A stretch of 64,000 nucleotides of DNA from positions 32,001 to 96,000 of the IMG/VR virus record IMGVR_UViG_3300037461_001096; one strand, written 5' to 3'. Numbering within the stretch: the stretch's first letter is position 1; every line of letters starts with the position of its first letter. This document shows positions 37,442 to 45,698 of the stretch, in pieces. The position numbers and the translations under genes are program-made. The notes beneath the pieces were generated by a model that made no database searches, was not told where the DNA came from, and saw only the letters and a program-made list of their open reading frames with translations. Origin of the DNA: a virus.

Positions 37442-37924
37442 GAGAATCTCAGCTAATACAACTGCCATAGCATACCGAAGTTCAGCAACCCCTGGGGTGT
37501 TAATAGGTTTAAATTCTTCCACAACAGCAGCAAATTTTTCATATGTGCTTCGGAATTGAAACTCAACATATACATTCATCGGCAAGATGCTGATGGCGTC
37601 ATCCGGATTTTTTAAAACATGAGACAGATCACAGAAGATCTGCAACATCTCCATTATACGCTCCCGTATAATGACCGTGGCTTTTTCGGCAAGATTGGGA
37701 ACCTGAGCTATTGCGGAGTCTAAAAATCGATCTTGAGCCAGAGGTGGGGTCCACGCTATAAGCGGGTTTTTCACTTTGAGCTGATCTATAAAACCACGCC
37801 CAAGAAGCAATGGCATAGCCGCTTGAACTATGCACCACGGCGCGCTTATTCGGAGAGCAACCTGGCGCGTTGAATTATCTGAACACACACACTCTACTTC
37901 GCCATGTTCAAGAAGTCTAGACAT
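37295..37924 (-). CDS. Hypothetical protein, possible degenerate ThyX-like fold
   Basis: DDAISILP...AELRYAM loosely echoes ThyX EDARxVLP...EIRxxA; no RHR motif. Confidence 0.35.
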   Translation of the reverse strand: MSRLLEHGEVECVCSDNSTRQVALRISAPWCIVQAAMPLLLGRGFIDQLKVKNPLIAWTPPLAQDRFLDSAIAQVPNLAEKATVIIRERIMEMLQIFCDLSHVLKNPDDAISILPMNVYVEFQFRSTYEKFAAVVEEFKPINTPGVAELRYAMAVVLAEILSNAGDIHSLEFNGNHVPAQLGITTASDGSEVILPSFSAQFKHLPGKNG

Positions 37925-37933
37925 TAGTTATAC

Positions 37934-40807
37934 CTAGAGTCCGAATAAATCTACTAAAATATTGAATCTAGTAGGATCTACAAGAATATCCTCAGATTCT
38001 GCCACAAGAATTTCCCCCTTTCGGTTAATGATTCGTATTGGAACCGATCCTTCAGCCAACACACAAATTGCATGAAGCTTACGCATTGTTGACTTTGATG
38101 GAATAGCCCCGAAGACCCATCGAAAAACCTCCCCCATGGGTGCTGGCGTAGGCGTAGGCGTAGGCGTAGGCGTAGGCGTAGGCGTAGGCGTAGGCGCTGG
38201 TGCGAGTGTGGATATGGGCGCGGGCGATTCTTCAAAATCTGATTTCGAATCCCGAATTTCAATTCCAAAAATTGGCCCGCTAGTCGAATCTAAACTAATG
38301 TCATCCATATCGATGGCAGAAACCGATTGGACTAGGGTTGTTTCAGTGGTTCCTTTCGGTTCAGACTTGACTTTTTCAATATGAGTATCTGCTATGGGTG
38401 GGACACTTACAGGGAGAAGTTCAGATTTTGGAGCGGTGGGGCTTGGTTGATACTGCGCCTCTCCCCCGTCATCCCGTTTGATTAATCCTTTTAAGAATTC
38501 TGGAATTTTCTGAAAAATTTTGCCATTGTCGAAGTATTCATCTTTTTTCAGTTTACCTTTAAAAACTCCGTCAGCTATGTCTTTAGGATTTGGTGGAACG
38601 CCATCGACCATTTTAAAATAATCAAACCGGGCCTTCCAATTAACATCAATCCCCGGCTCGGTCAATAATGGGACTTCCCATCTCCTTCCATGTGCTTTTT
38701 CGAGCTTCCATGGAAATGTCATCCATTCATCAAGTTTTCGAACTGCCTCCTGGAGAAGTTCTGGCTCAACTTCATAAACGACTTCATCATGAACAGTCAT
38801 GATATATTTAATTTTGTCATGCCATCCCATCTCGCGGATCTTCTTGTCGACAAAACACATCGCGAATTTCAAAATATCTGCTGACGTAGCTTGGATTGTG
38901 TAATTGATGGCACATCGTTCAGCCTTTGCCCTTATAGTCCGGATTGGGGAGTCAATTGTTGGGATCGGGATGCGCCTTCCAAATGCTGTAAAAATGCATT
39001 TGTTTTTACGGGCAAACTCTTTCTGATGTTCTACATATCCCATGAGCACTGGGACAGCTTGCCTCAAATTCGACATATGACGACTGCCGTCTTCTATTGA
39101 GCATTTAACATTCCTGGATATGGCGCCAGCGCCTCCACCGTATATGAACGCAAAATTGCAACGCTTTCCGCGGTTACGTTCATCTTTAGTGATTTCATTT
39201 TTACCAAAAAGGGTTCTTGATGTGATGCTATGAACGTCCCCGTCCTCGTTCAGAAAAGAATTCGTCCAAATTGGATCACCGGATAAATTAGTGACAACTC
39301 GCAATTCTTCTCCTGCATAGTCAAGTTTGACCAAAAATTTTCCAGGTCTAGGGATGATGCATGTCCGGATTTGCTTAAACAACTCTGGTTTATCGTCGTC
39401 TGAATCTCTGGGGATCCCCTGAAAACTAACACCGGAGAACCCGTCTGAAATCTTTCCAGCCTTGGACGACATACGAGTTGTGTCAGTTCCCATTTGATTG
39501 AACAAAGGTCTGACGTCCCCATATTTATCATGAGACTGCATGAACCTGTCAATATATGACCCCTTCATCTTCTGATAATGGCGATATTCGAGAATGAGGT
39601 CAAAAATACTTTCGGATCTCGGATTCCCATCTTTATCAAAGACGCCTTCACGTTGGACTCTAATATTCTTTCCATAAGCATCATCCATTGATTTTAGTGC
39701 TTCGTCTTTTAGCGTATATTGCTTCTGAGTAGGGTCCCCACCATTTTCACCGTCATTATCATCATCGTTTTCGTTGGAAAGAACATCTTCGTGTTGTTCA
39801 TCACCCAGCATGAACTTCGTTGGTTTTAGCATCAGACCCTCTGGATCTGTTAGCAATGCCATTGATAGCTGCTTCGGTGATCCAACGTTCAAAGTATTCC
39901 ATCTTCCAGTTTTTCCCGTTCTCCCCTCAATCATATCCCGGACAGTATCACCAGTCAATCTCAGCATGGCGTCGCATTCAGCTGAAAGTTGTTCCACACG
40001 GGCGACATCAATATGGACACGATTCCGCTCCATTTTTTGGACAATATTGCAGAATGATTTTTCAAGGCTATATAATTTCTGATCATTTCCTTGTATTTTA
40101 TCTTTTAGTGCAAACCACAGTTTATATGTAAAAATGCTATCCGAACAGCCATATTCAAGACCCTCTTTCGGATGTAGGAGAGCAAAATTATAACGCTTCT
40201 TCTCTTTCTGAAGTTGCTCTTTTTTCTCTTGAGTAAATAAGTCGTCAAGCTCGATCATTTCCACGCCAAAGTGGATCTTTGTTAAAGGCTTCAAGCCGGC
40301 AGGCGAACTCTTGATTGGGTTAATGATGCGGGCAAGAAGCATGGTATCCTCATTCTCATCAATTTTCCAATACTCCTTGTTCACGAGTGGTAAAAGTATC
40401 TCTTTGTCGTACTTACCATTATGGAATATAATTCGACAGTTATTCACAAGCCTAGTCAACTCATCACATATTGGATCCCATGGAAGGTTCCCGGAGTCTT
40501 CTGGCTCATGCGTTAGTGGCGCATAATACCCATGTTCTCCATCAAACGATATACATACTCCCACAACTCGGTCAATAGTTCGTATTCCATGACGAGTTGT
40601 TTTTCCATCTTCGAAAAATTCGTCCGAATAAATGCGGTTGTCCAGCCCCGTAGATTCTATGTCTAAAGCGCATAACCCACGCTTAATACATATATCAACA
40701 AGATTATGAAATTGACTAACACTCTGAATAAGAGTGAAGGAATACTGCTTGAACCAATCTTTTGAAATCTCAATACGATCGTCAGCTTGCTGCAATAACA
40801 TATTCAA
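37934..40807 (-). CDS. polA: Family A DNA polymerase with 3'-5' exonuclease
   Basis: ALDIEST, FHNGKYD exo motifs; pol motifs A KLDYAGEELRV, B RNRGKRCNFAFIYG, C TVHDE. Confidence 0.95.
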   Translation of the reverse strand: MNMLLQQADDRIEISKDWFKQYSFTLIQSVSQFHNLVDICIKRGLCALDIESTGLDNRIYSDEFFEDGKTTRHGIRTIDRVVGVCISFDGEHGYYAPLTHEPEDSGNLPWDPICDELTRLVNNCRIIFHNGKYDKEILLPLVNKEYWKIDENEDTMLLARIINPIKSSPAGLKPLTKIHFGVEMIELDDLFTQEKKEQLQKEKKRYNFALLHPKEGLEYGCSDSIFTYKLWFALKDKIQGNDQKLYSLEKSFCNIVQKMERNRVHIDVARVEQLSAECDAMLRLTGDTVRDMIEGRTGKTGRWNTLNVGSPKQLSMALLTDPEGLMLKPTKFMLGDEQHEDVLSNENDDDNDGENGGDPTQKQYTLKDEALKSMDDAYGKNIRVQREGVFDKDGNPRSESIFDLILEYRHYQKMKGSYIDRFMQSHDKYGDVRPLFNQMGTDTTRMSSKAGKISDGFSGVSFQGIPRDSDDDKPELFKQIRTCIIPRPGKFLVKLDYAGEELRVVTNLSGDPIWTNSFLNEDGDVHSITSRTLFGKNEITKDERNRGKRCNFAFIYGGGAGAISRNVKCSIEDGSRHMSNLRQAVPVLMGYVEHQKEFARKNKCIFTAFGRRIPIPTIDSPIRTIRAKAERCAINYTIQATSADILKFAMCFVDKKIREMGWHDKIKYIMTVHDEVVYEVEPELLQEAVRKLDEWMTFPWKLEKAHGRRWEVPLLTEPGIDVNWKARFDYFKMVDGVPPNPKDIADGVFKGKLKKDEYFDNGKIFQKIPEFLKGLIKRDDGGEAQYQPSPTAPKSELLPVSVPPIADTHIEKVKSEPKGTTETTLVQSVSAIDMDDISLDSTSGPIFGIEIRDSKSDFEESPAPISTLAPAPTPTPTPTPTPTPTPTPAPMGEVFRWVFGAIPSKSTMRKLHAICVLAEGSVPIRIINRKGEILVAESEDILVDPTRFNILVDLFGL
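38145..38196. repeat. Hexamer microsatellite (GGCGTA)x8 encoding a (PT)n linker in polA
   Basis: Directly visible. Confidence 0.95.
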
Positions 40808-40893
40808 CCTTTTTGGTGTACTGGTTTGTACACTTCTAAAAACATTACATTTTATCTAGCAGTGTTAACGGAGTGTGCTAGGTAACGTTCAGC

Positions 40894-41799
40894 GTGAATT
40901 TTGGAGACCCATATGAAATTCTCGGTGTATCTCTCGGAGCAAGCCTAGAAGAGATAAAAAAAGCATATAAGAGACTTGCAACTCAATTACATCCAGATGC
41001 GGGGGGCGACCCAGCTGAATTTAGAAAATTGACAGACGCGTATAACACGCTTCGAGAAAAAATCGAATCCAAAGAATCAGATCCGATTTTTTGCGAAGAT
41101 GCTTCTGTGACGTTAGAATTAACACTCGAAGAAATGGCTTTCGGATGTCAAAAGTATATTTCAGTAAAAATCGGGAAGATTTTATGCAAGACATGTTCTG
41201 GAAGCGGGGCCATGGCTGGGTCACCAATGATGCCTTGTATCTCATGTTTAGGAACTGGTAAAATTCCAAGTGCATGGGGGTTCAGAACTTCAGACAGAAG
41301 TTGTTCAACTTGTCGGGGTGCTGGCACAACTCCAGCACAGAAATGTCGATCGTGTCTTGGGAAGGGAACGACAGAAGGCGACGCTTCTGTACGTGTGAAT
41401 ATTCCGCCCGGGGTGGAACACGGACAGGGGTTATGCTTTTCTGGTAATTTAGGTGGATTCCAGGGTCGGCTTTTCGTGACCATTATCGGACTACCACATG
41501 ATAGGTTTGAACGAATTGGAAACGACATAGTTACCCAGCATAAAATTGGGGTATGTGAAGCAATAATCGGAGCTTCTGGCTCGACAACTGGACTAGATGG
41601 ACAAGGATTGGGTTTCAAAATTAGGCCGGGGACACAATCAGGAGAGCGTATAATTGTAACGGGGGCTGGGATTCGAAACTCCCAAACGGGTCAAATCGGT
41701 GATTTGATAATCATTGCCAAAATAGAGGTACCAAATAAACTGACACCGCGGGCTATGAAACTTGTTGAAGAGTTATCCGATGCGCTCACCCGCAAATAA
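40894..41799 (+). CDS. dnaJ: DnaJ-like chaperone lacking the G/F region
   Basis: DPYEILG...LHPD; four CxxCxGxG repeats; C-terminal PGTQSG domain. Confidence 0.85.
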   Translation: MNFGDPYEILGVSLGASLEEIKKAYKRLATQLHPDAGGDPAEFRKLTDAYNTLREKIESKESDPIFCEDASVTLELTLEEMAFGCQKYISVKIGKILCKTCSGSGAMAGSPMMPCISCLGTGKIPSAWGFRTSDRSCSTCRGAGTTPAQKCRSCLGKGTTEGDASVRVNIPPGVEHGQGLCFSGNLGGFQGRLFVTIIGLPHDRFERIGNDIVTQHKIGVCEAIIGASGSTTGLDGQGLGFKIRPGTQSGERIIVTGAGIRNSQTGQIGDLIIIAKIEVPNKLTPRAMKLVEELSDALTRK

Positions 41800-42253
41800 C
41801 GACATACCGTGAATCACGCCAAGCCATCACTATATCTTTAACTAATTCTTGTGCTGCAGACATGCTGTTGGTGAAATTATCCGGGTCAGTGACATAATAG
41901 TCCCAACATTTTGGGAAACTTTTATTTTTGCCAACAAATTGTGTCGTGCAGCTGGCATTTGCTGACGCGCAGCTTTTAAAGCTAGAACAAATTGGCTTGT
42001 CGATTTTCATGAGTGCACCAATGGGGGGAGTCTTCAACAACTTTTCCAGGGGTTTGGTGTGTCCGATTTTGGCATCGTCCATGACGTTTGGTGGAGCCTT
42101 TGTACATAATGCTAAAATTGGGGCTATAGCACGTTTTGCGTTTGGGTCTGAAAAAGCCCTAGCACACCATGAGTCCAACGCTCCCACCACAACTTCTGAA
42201 ATTGCAAGTTTCTCGCCGGTTGATAAAACCAGTGAATATTCAAACGTATACAT
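41786..42253 (-). CDS. Hypothetical Cys-containing protein
   Basis: 155 aa, coupled to the primase zinc-finger gene. Confidence 0.5.
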   Translation of the reverse strand: MYTFEYSLVLSTGEKLAISEVVVGALDSWCARAFSDPNAKRAIAPILALCTKAPPNVMDDAKIGHTKPLEKLLKTPPIGALMKIDKPICSSFKSCASANASCTTQFVGKNKSFPKCWDYYVTDPDNFTNSMSAAQELVKDIVMAWRDSRYVVICG

Positions 42254-42848
42254 CCTGTTTTACTCCGCCCATCATGTTTCTAAGCTTGGATAAGGCTATG
42301 GACATCTGAGGTAAAGGCTGGCCACCGTTATGATCCAAGTCCCACCTGATGGCATCAAGGATTCTACACCATTTTATGTAATCAGTCATGGGTACGCTGT
42401 TTCGTAAGCGCAATAATTTTGCTTCCAGCATATCCATGACTCGCGGAATGTCGTCCCATGCCTTTGATTGATACTGTCCGTTTCTATCTTCCGGGGCCTC
42501 AATATCAGTTTCTGGACGACGAGGAACTTTAATATTGAATCGGCGTTCAAGTTCAGACAAAGCCCCCATAAACTTCAGATTATGAAGTTTCCCAAAGATA
42601 TCAATCCCCCGCATATGAAGTTTGCATGTAAAACAATGAAAATGCGGGTCCTGACCGGCATAATACCTTGCCGACGGGGTGTTGTCCGGCCCATGCCATG
42701 GGCACCGTATTTGTAACTCTGTATCTTTATCTATCAGCTCGATCCCTGCTTCGAGCATAGCGTCGTATGTGGTGTACTTCTTAGACACTGCGTTTACACG
42801 TGCTTTTATCCATTCTCGATCGTCTATTGTAGACGGTCTGTTTCTCAT
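42240..42848 (-). CDS. Stand-alone CHC2 primase zinc-binding domain protein
   Basis: CPWHGPDNTPS...FHCFTC. Confidence 0.8.
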   Translation of the reverse strand: MRNRPSTIDDREWIKARVNAVSKKYTTYDAMLEAGIELIDKDTELQIRCPWHGPDNTPSARYYAGQDPHFHCFTCKLHMRGIDIFGKLHNLKFMGALSELERRFNIKVPRRPETDIEAPEDRNGQYQSKAWDDIPRVMDMLEAKLLRLRNSVPMTDYIKWCRILDAIRWDLDHNGGQPLPQMSIALSKLRNMMGGVKQDVYV

Positions 42849-43459
42849 GGAAAAACAGCTGTTGGGAAGTTTCCCGTATAGTCAGCTTCAACAGTGTTAT
42901 AACTAACTGTTAGCTTTCCAAGCTCCCGGCAAGTTGGGCGTAGCTGGTGCATGCACCATCCTTGCTCTGGCTCTTGGACCTTAAGGGAGGATCGCCAAAA
43001 GCGTTCTATATGGGATAGGGTATACAGCATGTCTGCCGGAGGATCTGAAGCCCCAACATACAACCCCGGTGTATGGCCTTCCTGCTTAATAGCATAACTC
43101 CACGAGTCTACCCATTCACACGTCTTTTCGTTCGAAGCATTATGGCCGTTAAGGTTCAACCAAACTGTCATCGGGGGCAGCTTCAATTTATCGATTGTGA
43201 TTAGTGCAATGTTTGCGTCTTGAGCCCCAACACTTGAACTTGGAACCCAACCTGGGGCTCTAAATGGAGTAGAAATCATTAGCCCTAGGCCCGAGTTAAT
43301 AATCGTGGCAACTTCATCATTTGTTAGCCCGTACTTCCCATGAAGATGTCGTACAACAAAGGAAACATGTGAAACTCGAAGCATGTTACAGGCTGAAGCA
43401 TCGAGCCTGCACACTGTATCAATTCCAACTGACGGTGGATTTACTGGTTTAACTTGCAT
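42845..43459 (-). CDS. DUF1906/GH25-like glycoside-hydrolase-fold protein, possibly inactive
   Basis: GIDT...FVVRHL...LTNDEVATIINSGLGLM...VWLNLNG...PGLYVG. Confidence 0.6.
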   Translation of the reverse strand: MQVKPVNPPSVGIDTVCRLDASACNMLRVSHVSFVVRHLHGKYGLTNDEVATIINSGLGLMISTPFRAPGWVPSSSVGAQDANIALITIDKLKLPPMTVWLNLNGHNASNEKTCEWVDSWSYAIKQEGHTPGLYVGASDPPADMLYTLSHIERFWRSSLKVQEPEQGWCMHQLRPTCRELGKLTVSYNTVEADYTGNFPTAVFP

Positions 43460-43542
43460 GTTGTCTCCGTATTTCTAACGATTATGGTCACACTCCAGTG
43501 TAACTAAGCAATAACACAAGTCTACATTCCGTTTTTACAGCA

Positions 43543-43920
43543 TTAAGTTAGCATCACTTCTTCGATTAAAACAACCTCGCATCCATTCATCGGGTGTGAT
43601 CCTCCATATGTGATAGCCGAGCATTTTGGGCATCTATATACCATAACTGCCATGTGCTTACTAGGCCCTTTTGCACTTAATTTAAATTTATTCTTTGAGA
43701 CTAGACTAACCTCCACTTCGGCCAGATTGACAAAGTCTTCGACTGCCATACACGCATCGACAAATGCCTGCTTTAGTGGCGTATCGATACCGTTTCCAGT
43801 AAGACCTGGAGCGATGTCGATGTCTGATTTATACTTGCGATTCCAAAATTTACCGTTGAATTTCATGCCTCTGTCTACTTGTGATAGGCTAAAATTTACG
43901 GCTAAATCACGAGATCTCAA
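43543..43920 (-). CDS. Hypothetical protein with a C-terminal Zn site
   Basis: CPKC...H....C; ends IEEVMLT. Confidence 0.55.
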   Translation of the reverse strand: MRSRDLAVNFSLSQVDRGMKFNGKFWNRKYKSDIDIAPGLTGNGIDTPLKQAFVDACMAVEDFVNLAEVEVSLVSKNKFKLSAKGPSKHMAVMVYRCPKCSAITYGGSHPMNGCEVVLIEEVMLT

Positions 43921-43924
43921 ATTG

Positions 43925-45682
43925 TCATTTGTTCAGCAGATCACACCATCTCCATCTGGTTTTTCCATAATCCCAGATTTTTGTATATCCCTGGTTTCTT
44001 CTAAAACTGTTTTCAGTTTCATAACATCCTTCCGGCTTTCTAAGTGATGACTTGTGGTGTCTAACTCTATTTTTCACCCAATAGTAATCAGGACGTATTT
44101 GACCATCGTTACGAAATCCCATTAGCTCATAAACACGACCCGTAAACAGCCTGTTATCCGAAAATGTTATTATCGACTGTACGCCATTTGATTTCGTAAA
44201 CAATTGCAAAATTTTAGACCAAATACCATGTACATGATATTTGGGGTTCATAGCCATTCTTGAGATTTCATATTCGCCAAAGCATTTCTGGCGCACAGGC
44301 TTACGGAATGAAATACACCCTATCAACTCTTCGGCGTGAAAAACTCCGTAGTGAATCGAAGATGGTGCACCGCCAATATAATGGAATTGTTCATAAAACT
44401 CGAAGGCATACTTGGCAGAAAGTACTTTAATAACACAATTGTTTGGACGAATTTTCTTAGGTTTATTGCAGCCAAGTCTATTGGCTATGATTGACTTCAT
44501 TATATCGCATTTCTTTTCCCATTCATCTTCAAACAAAACGATTATGTTATATCCGTTTTCTTTCGCCAATGCGAATTTTCTGGCATCCCTTTGACGGGAT
44601 AAGACCCCGGAGTGCCATCTCAAACCATTGAGTTCTATAAGCAATTTTTTGTCTGGAATGGCTATATCGTACGGGACACCATTCACCAAAAATTCACATA
44701 TAACATTTTCCCCGATAGATTTTATGAACTCTGCCAACTGTCGATTCCACCTGGGAATCGTGTCATTCGTACACCCACATGTGAGTGAAATACCACGTTT
44801 TATGGAGTGAAGGTACGGACGATATGTGTTTGAACAAGCTGGACAGATTGCCTTAAATGAGTCCGTTGTGTTGAAAACCACTTCTAATGGAACAACACCT
44901 CCAGGAGGAAAATCAGCTTTTGAAGCCGGGCATTTTATACCACGGATCTTCTCTTTGTTTTCTTCATACCATAAATCAACCAGAGTATGACACAGCCCAC
45001 ACTTTGTGGTAACGCGTCTAGTTATACTACCTATTTGAATGTTCTTAACGACGCCACAACGACACTTAAAAGGAAGTTTTTTCTTGCTTCCTGGTGACAC
45101 AGTCGCTGATTCGCCATAATAAGTGAAATCAAAATACTCTTGACCGTGTTCGAGAAAGATTTCGTTGCATCTCCCACAAGTTTTGGCTAGTCCAGTAGTA
45201 ACTGTTCTTATCGATCTCTCACTAGACTTACCGCATTTACACTGAAACAATAGTTTATTCGGAGAATTTGCAAACACTTCAACAGTTTGACCTAGATACT
45301 TAAATCCAAAATATTCGTCGCCGTGTTTCAACGAGATTTTTGAACATTTACCACAGCTTCTGATTTTACCATTGAAAACGAGTTTTGCCTGGACTGTCTT
45401 ATCATTTCCACACGAACATCTGAACTGAATTAATTTATTACTACCAGCACTTATCTTGATATCCTGTCCGAGGTATGCCAGACTTCCGTACGTGTCTTTG
45501 TGTTTTAAAGTCACGTCATTGCAATGACCACATGTTTTCTGGCCATTTGATATATTGGCCACTTTTGCGGTAAACACGTGACCACACATACACTTAAATA
45601 ACAGTTTTTTAGAACTCTTCGGATTTATTTCTATCGGATCTCCAACATAGGAGAAGTTTCCATACGTTATACTATGAGTCAA
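43925..45682 (-). CDS. Hef-like Zn-ribbon array + Vsr/DUF559-like nuclease + Mom-like GNAT (copy D)
   Basis: 4+1 repeats; YDIAIPDKKLLIELNGLRWH...LFEDEW; FHYIG...YEISRMAM...TFSDNRLFTGRVYELMGF...IWDYGKTRW; probable TTG start at 45682 (frame open to 45763). Confidence 0.75.
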   Translation of the reverse strand: MTHSITYGNFSYVGDPIEINPKSSKKLLFKCMCGHVFTAKVANISNGQKTCGHCNDVTLKHKDTYGSLAYLGQDIKISAGSNKLIQFRCSCGNDKTVQAKLVFNGKIRSCGKCSKISLKHGDEYFGFKYLGQTVEVFANSPNKLLFQCKCGKSSERSIRTVTTGLAKTCGRCNEIFLEHGQEYFDFTYYGESATVSPGSKKKLPFKCRCGVVKNIQIGSITRRVTTKCGLCHTLVDLWYEENKEKIRGIKCPASKADFPPGGVVPLEVVFNTTDSFKAICPACSNTYRPYLHSIKRGISLTCGCTNDTIPRWNRQLAEFIKSIGENVICEFLVNGVPYDIAIPDKKLLIELNGLRWHSGVLSRQRDARKFALAKENGYNIIVLFEDEWEKKCDIMKSIIANRLGCNKPKKIRPNNCVIKVLSAKYAFEFYEQFHYIGGAPSSIHYGVFHAEELIGCISFRKPVRQKCFGEYEISRMAMNPKYHVHGIWSKILQLFTKSNGVQSIITFSDNRLFTGRVYELMGFRNDGQIRPDYYWVKNRVRHHKSSLRKPEGCYETENSFRRNQGYTKIWDYGKTRWRWCDLLNK

Positions 45683-45698
45683 ACGCACGAGATCTCTT

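Noticed and set aside
25479-40807. Firm call of a 2-aminoadenine (Z) genome
   Set aside because: purZ is absent from the window; HD, MazG and PolA alone are not diagnostic.
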